A stretch of DNA of 64,000 bases from Anolis carolinensis. Lineage: Eukaryota. Below, piece by piece: positions 38,401-51,799 of the stretch. The position numbers and the translations under genes are program-made. Positions within the stretch are counted from its first letter, which is position 1. The number at the start of each line of letters is the position of its first letter. The notes beneath the pieces were generated by a model, which was given only the letters and a program-made list of their open reading frames with translations, had not been told where the DNA came from and made no database searches. The stretch is taken from NCBI RefSeq assembly GCF_035594765.1, contig NC_085843.1:215551971-215615970 (forward strand), given 5' to 3'.

Positions 38401-38728
38401 CAGAGGCGGTTCAACCACCAGGCCAACTAGGCAGTTGCCTGTGGCGCCATCTTGTTGGGGGCGCTATCGAGGCAACTCCTGTCTGCTGCGGCCTGCCTCT
38501 GCAAGGTATTGAACTGCTTTTTCTGTTGATTTGTTGTAAAACATGATGTTTTAGTGCTTAATTTGTAAAATCTTAATGCAATTTGATGTTTAATAGGCTT
38601 TTCCTTAATCCCTCCTTATTATCAAACAAGCTTATCCAACACTTTTATTTTTCAGTGATTGGTTTGGGGGGAGGGGGGCACCAAAATTTTGTTTGCCTAC
38701 ACTTGAAAAATACCTAGGGCCGGCTCTG
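38401..38728. mobile_element. hAT non-autonomous element with an internal Tc1-MITE fragment
   Basis: Imperfect TIR CAGAGGCGG / CCGGCTCTG; 8-bp TSD TGTATAAG. Confidence 0.75.
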
Positions 38729-41700
38729 TGTATAAGTCAACCTCATGTGTAATTGAAAACAGGTTTTCCAACATTATAGATTTTGATGTGTCCTGTAGAT
38801 ACGCTAAAGGGTTATTCCATGAGGATGGGAACATGCCAATTCAGCCTCAAGGGGTCTGCTGCCACCATTTCTCTATCCAGGCATTCAAAAAAGCCATAAA
38901 CGGCATTGTGGTGGCGAGAGTAGAGGGAGTCAGTGGTTCTTTTAGGTTTTCCCAGAATAGACGGAATAAATGAATGAATGGTTTATTGTACCAGCCATAG
39001 GCCATTTGATCAAATAATATACAACCTTCAAAAATACAATAATCACTTTCCAATATAAACATTAAAGCTTATTCCACATACTGGATTTTTAAAATTACAG
39101 TAGCAATGACATGATAACAATAACAATGTCTGATTTGTATCATCCCAAACTACAGTAGAGTCTCATTTATCCAACATAAACCGGCTGGCAGAATGTTGGA
39201 TAAGCGAATATGTTGGATAATAAGGAGGGATTAAGGAAAAGCCTATTAAACATCAAATTAGGTTATGATTTTACAAATTAAGCACCAAAACATCATGTTA
39301 TATAACAAATTTGACAGAAAAGGTAGTTCATTACGCAGTAACGTTATGTAGTAATTCGTTTATTTACGAATTTAGCACCAAAATATCATGATGTATTAAA
39401 AACATTGACTACAAAAATGCGTTGGATAATCCAGAACATTGGATAAGCGAGTGTTGGATATGTGAGACTCTACTGTATCTCCATTCCTATTTCTAGCCTC
39501 TGCTGTGGACTTTACTAATTTAGCTCGGATTTTGGGCTGCGACTGCAAATGTGGCAACCTTTAATGTTATATTTATGGAATAATCCACTAAGAAGTCACA
39601 GATAGCTGCTGGCTGTTGCCATGCTGCTCTTTCTTCCAGAAGGGCTCCCAGAAGGTTGTTTCTAGGGTCATTATACAAAGGGCAATGTAACAGTGTATTA
39701 AATCATCTGTTTTCCCCGACCCATAAATACAAAGTCATTGGGCATGAGGGACCCCTTTATATCTTCCCTCTAGCCAGCCTGAGGGCATTGTTTGGAAGCA
39801 CAGGGCTGTAATTGCCTTTCTAAGTGCTATAGATGTTAAGTCTTGAAGATATTGTTGACAATATTTGTCATTCTTTAGTAGATGACCCTGCTGTTTACTA
39901 GTCCCCAAGTTGTCAGATCCACTCAGGATGGACTGTGCAGAGTAGGGTTGGTTACACACACACATACATGAGAGTTAAAGCACAGTAGTTATATTGATCT
40001 GCGGATAAGTCAACCTAGGGTTTTGGGTTGATTTTTTGACTAAAATTATTAGACTTATACATCAGTATATTAGGTACACCATTGGATCCTGCTCCATGAC
40101 TGTAAAACATCTAGAATCTTTTTTGTTCATTTTGGAAGATTGTGTCCAACGACTGGTCTTCTGTGATCAAGGCATGTAATCAAAGAAAGCATGAAAAGTT
40201 AAACAGACTTGCTCCAGCTGAGTGCCTTCATTACTACCTACTCCAATAGAAACAGGCCAGAAAAATTCCAGAGCCTGTTAAGGCACGTTGAATGCACACA
40301 GGGCCAACAGACACTGCGAGAAAGGTCCTGATAAATTTTGTGTGTGTGTGTTTGTTGTTATTTGCCATCAAGTTGACTTTGACTTATGGCAACCTTATGA
40401 ATGAGAGACATTCAGCAGCCCTGGTTATCAACTGGCCAGTGATCATCTTGCAAACTCAGGGCTGTGGCTTCTCAGATTGATTCTACTGCCTTTCACTTTG
40501 CTGACAGTTATTATATTTTCTAGCCAATCATTTCATTATATTTCCAAAGTACAACAACCTCAGTTTAGTCATCTTGGCTCCTAGTTAGAGGTCAGGTCTG
40601 ATTTACTCTAGGACCCATTTATTTGTCTTTTTGGTGGTCTATGATCTCTGTCGAGGTCTCCTCCAGCACTGCATTTCAAATGCAGATTTTCTTTCTGTTA
40701 AGTCTTTTTCACTGTCTAGATTTCATAGCCATACATAGTCTGAAACACTGTGGCACAGTGATAAATTGTTAGATACATGCATCCTTATTTCCTTGAAAGC
40801 TGCCTTGGAATGATATAATCATTCAGAAGCAGGATAGATGCTGTTTTTTAGTTCAGCTAAAAAACCCTTAGGCTTTAGGCCATATCACAATACCAAAACA
40901 AACAACAAGGCTTGTTAAGACTTGATTTTACTCTATGTAGTAAGTTAAAATAAGACACTTAAACAATAAAGTAAATAAATATGATAAAACTGAATATATA
41001 CATCATATTTACTTATCATCCCTACAATTTGCCCCCATCAGCCCCACATATGTGGTTAGATGCTGTTTTTATTTTCTTTGCATCCTGCCTTTCCTCCAGG
41101 AAGTCTAAGTGCCCCCAAGGCACCTGATCCCGATCTTAGTATTTGTATGGAAGACCTTCAAAGAATAACTGTGGGTTATATTCCAGAGAAGGGCCATGGA
41201 AAGCAACCTCAGAATACGTCTGGCATAAGACAGTTAATGGGCTTACTATTAGTCAACAGGCAACTGGAAGGTGTGTATAATCTTACATAATTTTCCTCAA
41301 AAGTGGGAGTTGTGTTTGTTCACAAAAATTGAAAATATACATACCGTGTATGTAAAACACACCAAATTGTTATTAGTAACTTATTATTAAGCCTATCTAT
41401 AAAATTATTATTAATAAACCTACCTATAAAATTAAAACATGTCCTTTCAAAATAGTGGACTCTTTGTTAAACGTTTTTCTTTATAAATAGTTTTTTCAAA
41501 AGCCTATTCCAATAGATAAAATCTTCACTTGCTAATAAAAAGGCAACAAGGAAGGATCCAATCTAAGAAAGGAGTTACAGAGTTTGGGAGCAGCCATTGA
41601 GGAAACCTGTGTTTCCACTAGACATATCTCTGAGGCTCGTGGGACCAAGAAAAGGGACTTGCCAGAATCTCTTAGATCCTATATTAAGACAATATCTATA

Positions 41701-42818
41701 TCTCCTGCTTTTTGACAATCTGTTCTTTCGACCGCCATCATTTATCACCAGAACCCATACATTTGACATGAATTGAAATAAAACAAACTTAAAATACAAC
41801 TGAATTATTAGGACAAAGCGGACTTAAATTACACCTGATTTAAAGTACAACTAAGGTCCCGTCCACATGGCCCCACACTGCCTACAGATTATCTGTTTAT
41901 CCCAGATTATATGGCAGTGGAGACTCATATAATCCAGTTTAAAGAGGATAATCTGGGATCAGATCCTGGGATATAAGGCAGTGTAGAAGGGGCCCAGATT
42001 AAAACAAATATTTTATAACTAGATTGCACTGCAGATGAACGAAAAAACAACAACACTCTGCTCCCGCTCATTCAAATCCATGACACCAAACACAGCTAAC
42101 CCCACAGTTCAAATCTAGCCACCAAAAAGGAGTTCTACATTTCAACAATTTCTGTGTTTTGACAGTGTTTTGGTCCCTAACTTGTCGAATAAACAGGGGA
42201 TACCTGTATCTCTCAGCCAGCCTGGACCTGAGTTGTATAGGGCTTTATAAGTCATAACCAGTGTTGTGCCCAGAAGTAAATTAGCTGATGAAAACTGATG
42301 TAACAAAGGCATTGTGTGCTTCATGTAACCAGCCCCATTAAAAGCCTTTCTGCTCTTTGTACCAGCTACAGTTTCTAAGCACTTTTGAAAGACAGCTTCA
42401 TGAAGAGCTTTTTACAGTAATCTAAACAGGATGTAACTTGAGCATATGTCACCTTGGCCAAATCAGATATCAACCAAAATGGGTGCAGCTGTGTAGTAGC
42501 TTTAACCCTGTAGTAGCTTTAACTCATTCCTGACCACCGCAGAAGAGGAGAGTCTCCCCATCCAGCAAAGGTTGAAGAATTCTGTTTGCGGTAAACGTGT
42601 TATTCCCATTCGTCAATTTACTTAGTATACAGCAATTTGAAGAAGACGCTTACACTTTGCTAAAATAAATATCAGTAGTGCTCCAAGAATTTTATTTTAT
42701 ATTTTCTGCTAATTCATCAGAGGCTCGGTAGTCATTTAGAAGACTTGATGTCAGAAACTGAAATTCAAGGTGCCTCATTACCTGCCTGCTTCCAATACTT
42801 TATCCTTATACACTAACA

Positions 42819-43701
42819 CAGGGGTCCCCAAACTTTTCAAACAGGAGGCCAGTTCCCGGTCCCTCAGATGATTGGAGGGCTGGCTATAGTTTTTTTAAAA
42901 AAACTATGAACAAATTCCTATGCACACTGCACATATCTTATTTTGAAGTAAAAACCAAAACAAAACGAGAACAAATACAGCCTCAGTTTAATAACAATAA
43001 TAATAATCATCATCATCAAAATAATAAAGAGGGTTGGAAGAGACCCCATGGGCCATTTAATTCAACCTCCTTCTGCCTTTGTGCACCAAAAGCACAAACA
43101 AAGCACCCTAACAGATGGCCACCCAGCCTCAATGTTCTTAACAACAACAACAATAATAATGGAGCTGGAACTGATAGAGGGAGCTCATCCGCAGTCTCCC
43201 CGGGTTGGATTCGCACCTGGCAGCCTTCAGGTCAGCAACCCAACCTTCAAGTCACAAGGCTTTAACCCACTGCGCCATCAAGGGCTCCAAATTACAACAA
43301 CAACAACAACAACAACAATAATACATCACACCGTCCTAGACATTTGGGAAGTATTTGACTTGTGATTTTGTGATTCGAAATCCAGCATATAGATCTCATT
43401 TGCTGTGTTATACTGTGTCTTTGTGTCAATAATAACAACAACAACAACAACAAAGAAGGTTGGAAGAGCCCCCTTGTGCTATTTAGTCCAACCTCCTTTT
43501 GCCTTTGTGCATCAAAAGCACTAGCAAAGAACCCCCAATAATTAATAATTAAATAATAATTAAAATACCATTATAAACAAGCAAAGCTTTGGAAGGATCG
43601 CACTTCTTTGGCGGAGGAGGAGGCAGTTGCTGCTGCGGGGCCCGAATAAGTGGCTTCGGTGGGCCGCATGTGGCCCCTGGCCCGTAGTTTAGGGACCCCT
43701 G
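42819..43701. mobile_element. hAT non-autonomous composite element
   Basis: TIR CAGGGGTCCC; 8-bp TSD CACTAACA; two CR1-tail-like fragments and a SINE head inside. Confidence 0.85.
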
Positions 43702-44286
43702 CACTAACATATAAAATACGTTAATTTATATCTCTGATTTCAAAGCAGATGCTATTTATACTGAGTCCAAGGGATATAACTAACTTTGACACTTGCAAGG
43801 TTAGTTTTTAAGTGGATATTTCCTTATTGTTTTTCAAAAAAAAGAGGAATCCCTGAGCACTTGAACCCCTGTAGAGCTGACTAGTTGGGGCAAGTTAATT
43901 TTCAAATTTCAGCATGCCTGTTGCATTTCTTCTAATATTACAGTATTGGAAAACCATATCAACTACTGCTCTATCTGCCAATATCAGTCTTTACTATCCA
44001 ATTCACAAATGTTGTATGTCTTCAAGTCATTTTCAACTTATGGTGACCATAAGGTGAATCCATTTCTGCATTTTCTTGTTAAGATTTGTTCAAAGGGTTT
44101 GCCGTTGCCTTCCTCTGAGACTGACAGAATGTGACTCACCCAAAGCTACCTAGTGGGTTTCCATGGGTGAGTGGGATTCAGAGTGTGATCTCCGGAGTCG
44201 TAAGTGGAGTTCAAACCAGAATAACATATTGGCTCAGTTTTAAAAAAATACTTTCATATATTTATGATCAAAGAGAATTCACTTAA

Positions 44287-44535
44287 TGTGTTTTCAACCG
44301 CTTTCATGGCCAGAATCACCAGGTTACTGAGTTTTCTGGACTGTGTGGCCATGTTCCACAAGCATTCTCTCCTGACGTTTTACCCGCATCTATGGCAGGC
44401 ATCCTCAGAGGTTGAGAGGTCTGTTGGAAACTTAGCAAGTGAAGTTTATATATCTGTGGAATGTCCAGGGTGGGAGAAAGAACTCTTGTCTGCTTGATGC
44501 ACATGTGAATGTTGCAATTGGCCGCTTAATGTTGC
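44287..44535 (-). mobile_element. Penelope pLTR-only insertion
   Basis: Hammerhead-like motif at ~44371-44412; 11-bp TSD AATTCACTTAA at 44276-44286 and 44536-44546. Confidence 0.8.
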
Positions 44536-45746
44536 AATTCACTTAACTGCCTTTTTTGTTTTTGTTTTAATTTCATGGTTAATATTTGTTTCTTCTTGTG
44601 TGATTGAGATTTATGTAATTTCCAGTTTTATTAAATGCTACTGTCTCAAAACCATGGTCGCAAATAATAGTTTCTGTTACTTTGCTGGCATGATGAATTT
44701 GTTTCTTTACTCAGAAAGACCAGATTGTGTATTTGATTCCAAAAATCCCTGAGATTACAATATGTAGGGTTTTTGTGAACTTTAGTGAAAGTTTAGTGAG
44801 TGGCCTGTGACTAGATGCCTTTGTTACCTATCGTTTTTCATGGATGGAACAGATGGCATAGATATGAATCCCTATTTTTGTGCTGATGCATATTCCATTT
44901 CTAGTTGTGGAATATCTGTTAAGGACAGAAGAGTGGGCAGTAGAAAGCTGAGTTCTGGAGCTTGAAAGGAAACAGAGGGTCAGGTAAGGACAAGGAGTCA
45001 GGTATAAGGATGTGAACGAACAGCTTCCACTGATAAATGTATACATGTGGAGTGGGAAAGAGTAGGCGAAGAGTTCTACCGTCCTGACACACCAAGGGAA
45101 ATTACATGGAGATGAGAGATACCATATTTGATGAGAAATTGCTTCACATTAAAGTTTAATACTCTGATGTACACAACATAATTAAGAAATGTAGCTTAAT
45201 TAAGAGATGTATTTGGGTGTATCTTCAAGAATATTTGCTGATAGTCTTAATTTCTATATTGCCTATATCAAAAAGGAAATGTATAGGCTTGGTGCAAGAA
45301 GAAAGCATAGCAGTATTCTCACTATTTTTCATTACCAGTCTAATGAAAAAATGGCTTGTTATGGAAACAAAGATTGGTGAGAAAGCTTCACTAGAGACAC
45401 CTTTTCTCCATGATAACTTTTCCAGGAGTGAATTTCCCTTCCGACGTGTAGATTTCTCTCACTTCCTGTTGTCTCACCCCCCCCCCCCCCCCGTTCTTAC
45501 TTAGGAGTCAAATGTAAGTCACATGTTTGTAACTTGGGAATTGACTGTACTTAGTAGTGAGTGATGAAGGTAGTTATAGCACAGCAGCCGGAAGGCCACA
45601 TTTTCCCCATCTATGCCTTCCATGAAGTGGGCTCACTGCTTTCATGGAGGTTAAGGGGCACGGGGCACTGCAAAAGTGGACAAATGAATTTAAAACATTT
45701 GTTTAACCTGAAAGAACATCTCCAGGAATTTCTGGATCCTCTAGCA

Positions 45747-46484
45747 CAGTGGTTCTCAACCTTCCTAATGCCGTGACCCCTTAATACAGTTCTTTATTAC
45801 TTCATAACTGTAATTTTGCTACTGTTATGAATCATAATGTAAATATCTGATAATCAGGATGTACTGGACCGAATTAGGCACAAATACCTGATTTGCCCAA
45901 ATTTGAATACTGGTGGGGTTGTGTGGGAGGAGTAATGATTTTGTCATTTCAGAGTTGTAGTTGTTGGGATTTATAGTTCACCTACAATCAAAGGGCATTC
46001 TAAACCGCACCAATGATGGAACTGAACCAAACTTGGCACACAGAACTCCTATGATCAACAGAGAATACTGGTGGGCATTGACCTTGAGTTTTAGAGTTGT
46101 AGTTTGCCTACATCCAGCAAGCACTGTGGACTCAAACAATGATGGATCTGGACCAAACTTGGCATGATGTGCCAAAATGTGAACACTGGTGGAGTTTGGG
46201 GAAAATAGACCTTGACATTTGGGAGTTGGAGTTGCTGGGATTTATACCGTAGTTCACCTACAATCAAAGAGCCCCTTGAACCCTACCAACAATAGAATTG
46301 GGCAAATTGGGCTTTTGGTGGGAGGATTCCCAGTCTGTTTCCAAAAAGGAAGAAAAGGACAGGCGACGAGATCTTCAGCCTTTTTTGTCAAAGGGTTTCC
46401 TAAGACCATCAGAAATATGTGTTTTCTGATGGCCTTGGTGACTCCTTTGACACTCCCTTGCGACCCCCAGATTGAGAAACACTA
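45747..46484. mobile_element. hAT non-autonomous element with internal tandem repeats
   Basis: TIR CAGTGGTTCTCAA; 8-bp TSD CTCTAGCA. Confidence 0.85.
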
Positions 46485-47534
46485 CTCTAGCATGACTCTG
46501 TAGTCCACTTCCACTAGAAGGTGACCGTTGAACCACACTGGAGGACCTGCATATGCCAAGAGAAGCGTTCACTTTAGAAATCTCTAGGTCCACCAATAGA
46601 ATTTTGTGGTCAACCTCTGACAGAATGTGACCATAGGGTAACATATTAATCAAATCTTTAAATAATGAAAACTACAGAAGTTGAACTTGTAAATGTGGCA
46701 TGTCAGCTATATATACTTGCACTCTGCTCCTCTTTTTTTATTATTAGGTTCCAAGGCTCGTTCGTATAGTTTCCTATCTATTACAGATGTCAAGGGAAAT
46801 GGTTTTTATGATCATTTGGAGGTACAGTTCACATAGCCTACGTCATAGTGAACCAAAGTATGCTTTACATCTTCGTATTCTGAATGCTTCAGGCGTGAAA
46901 ATGTAGGGCGAATTCATATCACATTGCCTACAGACCTTTCAGGAGGGTATTATTTTGGACTTTTCTTACTGGTTTAATACATGTGAGTGCAGAGGCTTAA
47001 GCCATGCATGTGTTCAATGGCATAGATAGAACAGAATCCAACCATGCGCTTTATAGCCTTAGAGCAAGACTGAAAACCATTTTAAGGAGGTGGGCCAGCT
47101 CACACAAATTGTCCATTATGGTCAAATGAGAGTCACATGATACAGCCAATTTTCAAGCTTTTATTTATTTCGTATCAAAAGCATTGCATAAATTAGTATA
47201 AAACTGATAAAAATAGAAGGTACGGCTTACTGAAATGTGCTCTACAGGTGGTGCTTTTGTTTACTAATGATTGTTTTGTGTGAATATTTGTGCCTTCAAG
47301 TTGTCTGTCCACTTATGGCAACCCCATGAATTTTTCACAGTGTTTTATTAGGCCAGGAGTCTAAAATGTAGCTTTTAGTACTTGCATTTCTTCTAGTTTC
47401 ATAGCCATATCACTCCCACATGGTTGTAACTTGTTTAACTGTATTCACATTCCAACACTGTAGCTAAAATATTACTGTACTTTGTTTTTCTTTTAAGGTG
47501 AAGTGTTAAAGTAAGAGAATAATAGCTAATAGCT

Positions 47535-47622
47535 ATGGGACTCACAATGTCATGGTGTCTTCTACTTCTTGGTGTTCTGCTGCCTGCTTCTTCTGCCTAT
47601 ACAGATTTCTTCACTTCAATCG
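47535..47622 (+). CDS. P4HA1: P4HA1 (prolyl 4-hydroxylase alpha-1) first coding exon with signal peptide; exon starts at 47498
   Basis: MGLTMSWCLLLLGVLLPASSAYTDFFTSIG; ttttaAG acceptor and G|GTAAG donor. Confidence 0.93.
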
Positions 47623-48331
47623 GTAAGCAGTATATAGAGCGGGAAGGGACCACAGTGACAACAGAGAACATAATTGCATTATATTTTTGTACATTTTATA
47701 TATTTTCCTTCCAACACCTAGTGAAGATGATGACGCTAAAACATAATCACTGATAAAGCCTTAAAAATAGCATCTAATAATCTTATCCAACATAAACAGA
47801 CCAGCAGAACGTTGGATAAGCGAAAATGTTGGATAATAATGCGGGATTAAGGAAAAGCCTATTAAATGTCATATTACATTATGATTTTACAAATTAAGAA
47901 CCAAAACATCTTGGTTTTACAACAAATCGACAGAAAAAGCAGTTCAATACACAGTAATGTTATTTAGTGTATTTACTGTATTTACGAATTTAGCACCAAA
48001 ATATTGCAATGTATTGAAAGCATTGACTATAAAAAACATTGACTACTAAAAAATTGGCTACAAATAAAGATAGAATTGCTGCCTAGAGAAACAGCTGTAG
48101 ATCCGGGCAGGAGGCAGATTGTGTTGAATAATACAGAACGTTGGATGAGTGAAGGTTGGATAGTGAGACTACTGTATGTGACAAAGAAGCTCCTTTTGAC
48201 AGTGTTATTATGACTGTTCGGCCTCCTTTTACTTCTCCTTAGTCTAGCTAGAAGTTTTTTAACAGCAATGGAAACAGGAGCATGGTGAAGGAGGGATAGA
48301 GAAATGCTGATTTTCATTGTCAGATTATATC

Positions 48332-48380
<49 letters not shown>

Positions 48381-50509
48381 ATCTATAATTAAAGTAAGTG
48401 CTCCATAGTGTGGTGGAGGCTCCTTCTTCGGAGGCTTTTAAGGAGAGGTTGGATGGCCATCTGTCGGGGTGCTTTGAATGCGATTTTCTGCTTCTTGGCA
48501 GAATGGGGTTAGACTGAATGGCCCATGAGGTCTTTTCCAACTCTATGATTCTATCATTAGGTATGTATGTATGTATGTATGTACTACAAAGGCTGTTACT
48601 AGGTGAAGTGGCTCTCGTGTGGTATCACACTGGATTAATTGTTGCTAGGTAAAGTGGCCCACTGGAAAAGAAAGGTGATTTGTATGAGGGGAAGGGAGGA
48701 AGGAAAGAAAGAGTACCAATGAAACCATTGCTAGAGTGTTGCCATGCAGACATTATAAGATAGGCTGTCTCAGAGCAGGAGAAGGGAGAAAGTAGGAGGG
48801 CAGTGGTCCCAACAACATCTGGGCAATGCCAGGTATATACACTAGAGAGGTGCAATTCGGCCAAAAGGCATGCCATTTCAGGGTTCATTGTCGGCTAACC
48901 TCTCATTCTGTTTACTGGGAAGTTACTCGAATCGGAAGGGGTGTTGCTGTTTTCAGTCGGCAAAGATTTGGCCCATTGACTACAATGGGAAACTTTAAAG
49001 GCTCAATCCTCAGTCATTTGAAGGCCTGTCTGCATGAAACCTTCCTCAGTTTTAGACCCCATTTACAACTGTAGGCCTGCCAAGTTTCAAAACAATTGAC
49101 CAATCTACTGATTTTTTTAGAATTATTTTAACTTTTTACCATAACATTTTTAAAAATAAGACAAACTGCAAGAGAGGGTTCTGGGAATTATAGTCACCGG
49201 TTGTGTCCATTATCAGCCAGTCAGAGCATGGACACAACCAGACTTTTTATTGGCTCAGAAACAGATTTAAAAAAAACTTCAGCTCCCATCATGCTTTGAG
49301 AGGAACTCTGAGACCTTTCAATCCCCGTCTCATGCAAGTGCTGCTGGGAAAGCAAGTTCCCATCAGGGCCTTCTCTGGAAGAGGAGCCTAGGAAACTTTC
49401 AAAAAAAAAATAATGGACGGACGCTGCTGCTTCTGGGGGAGGTAGAAAAAAATCCTGCAATAACCCCATCTTATCCATGAGCCCCACAGCAGACCCCTGC
49501 CTCAGGTATATTGCAGGCTTAACTCCATCCTCACCAGTAGCCGATAAAATCCATCTTTCTTAATCCATTTTGGTCAGCTTTTCGGTTCCTTTCTCCCCAT
49601 TCTGTTTTTGGAGATTATATAAAATGGACCATCAAATATTACAAATTATTTTCGTTCAAACTGATTTGGGACCAGGCCTAATATACACTGGTTTTCAGTA
49701 AACAGTATAATTATATTTAAGGTGAAGAAAAAGCAGGATTTTACTTTTGCTAATTCTGCTGTAGCAGTGCATTCTTGCCTGCAACAGGGAAAGTAAAGAG
49801 CAGCTCCCTCCAGAATCCTTTATTGGTAATGTAAAAAAGGGTGAGCAGATAAACCTTCCTTACCAGCAATCTTCATTATGTTAAAAAAAGTATAGATCTA
49901 CAGGTTTGGCCACCAGAAGGTAAATCATAAGAAAGGTGAAGACCAATGAAAGGGGAAAAAAGTATATTAGAAAATGTACAGCAATCCCTCCACATTCACA
50001 AGATCCCTCTCACTTGAGAGGACATCTCTCTAGGAATATCTAGGGTCTACTTCTATTGGAGCCTGGCCATAGAATCACACTGGAGGACCCAGAGATTCTA
50101 TAGAGGTGTTCTTTCTAGAAATATCTAGGTCTCCCAGAAAGACTGAAGGAAGTTGACCATGGAGTCACACCGGAGGACCTAGATATCCCTAGAGAGAATG
50201 TTTTCAATCAAATTTTCAAAGTGAAAATCGCAGTTGTGGAGGGATGACTATAAATGTGATAGCAGCGTATTAACCACCTATTTGCTACATAGTGGAATTG
50301 TTTGCAGTGGTACCAAATTAAAGTATAAACGCAAAGAAGAGACTGAAGAAAAAGCTATGCCTCAAGCTGCCTATTTATTAGTCAGCATCACGTTCTGAAC
50401 CCATTTTTCAGTGGTTACTTGTAATAGGTGTGTTTGCATGAAAAGCCAGGGATCCACAACAATCCTATTACAAATGCCTAGAGAAAAACCTGTTAGTTCA
50501 GGTAAAATA

Positions 50510-50572
<63 letters not shown>

Positions 50573-50847
50573 TATTTATATACCACTCTATCTCCCCAAA
50601 GGGGCTCAAAGCAGTTTCCAACAAAGAAGTGGCAAACATTCAATGCCAAAATACACAACAAAGAAAATAATTATCCCCCCAGGTCCCAAGAAAATAGCAT
50701 TTGGAATTTGTATTTATATTTGTGTTTTTAAATCTTTTGTGGGGAACCAGCACCCCTAATTGAACTAATATGTGCAACTGTATGGTATATTGGTAATATT
50801 TCATAATAGTAACTATAGATGTAATGATTGCATAAAACTTTTTTTAG

Positions 50848-50944
50848 GACACATGACTGACTTGATTCATACTGAAAAAGACCTGGTGACTTCACTGAAA
50901 GACTACATCAAGGCAGAAGAGAGCAAGCTGGAACAGATTAAGAA
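50848..50944 (+). CDS. P4HA1: P4HA1 exon: HMTDLIHTEKDLVTSLKDYIKAEESKLEQIK
   Basis: 97 nt, AG/GT boundaries; recognisable P4HA1 N-domain. Confidence 0.97.
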
Positions 50945-51349
50945 GTATGTATTGGCTTAAATACTAATATTTACTGATGACCCTAAGCACATAAAAGTTA
51001 CCTTTAGGCTAAATAGTACATAGCTTTTAAAGAAGCAAGAATACACCTGCCATTGCTGCAGGCTATTGTTTGTAAGCAGTCAAAAGCAAATATGTGTTGT
51101 GGCTCATAAAAGAGAAACATAATCCTTCCTATACTTCCTCCCAAGTCTAAATTACTCTGAGCTATTTTTAAATATGTATGTTAGCAAAAGGAGCAATATA
51201 AAACGTAATTATGTTTCATGAGCTAATCTTTCAAATAATCCTATCATTTCAGATCTTGAAATAATGCGGCCTGTCATATTTCAGTTGACATTATCCCTGT
51301 GTGAATAGGCCCGCCGATAATAAATTTAGCTTGCTCTTTCTCTCTCAAG

Positions 51350-51501
51350 GTGGGCAGAGAAGTTGGATAAGCTGACAGACACGGCAACAAAGGACCCCGA
51401 GGGATTCTTGGGACATCCTGTGAATGCATTCAAGTTAATGAAGAGACTTAATACAGAATGGAGTGAACTGGAAAATCTAGTGCTAAAGGATATGTCTGAT
51501 G
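51350..51501 (+). CDS. P4HA1: P4HA1 exon: WAEKLDKLTDTATKDPEGFLGHPVNAFKLMKRLNTEWSELENLVLKDMSD
   Basis: 152 nt, AG/GT boundaries, frame consistent. Confidence 0.97.
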
Positions 51502-51799
51502 GTAGGTGTTCTTCTAGTCTATGAAAAACAGCTGGAAACTAGTACAGGGTAGTAGATAATAAAATGACCTGAGAACCTGAAAGTCTTGGGTTGATTCCAG
51601 TTAGCAGTAGGAATATACACTTCTTGCAGAAAGGGAAGGAAGTGAGAACCAAAATGACGTTGAAACCAAACATTCTGCTTTAAAATGAAGGCATATCTCC
51701 ATTTGCTTCTCTGGATTCTAATTCTCATTAGACCAGCAATAGTTGAAATAGATATTGATGAAAAATTAGTGGAGCTTTCACACAATTAAAACTTGTGTG

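Noticed and set aside
45845-46300. Regularly spaced repeats superficially like an array
   Set aside because: Internal tandem repeats of a hAT element in eukaryotic DNA; not CRISPR
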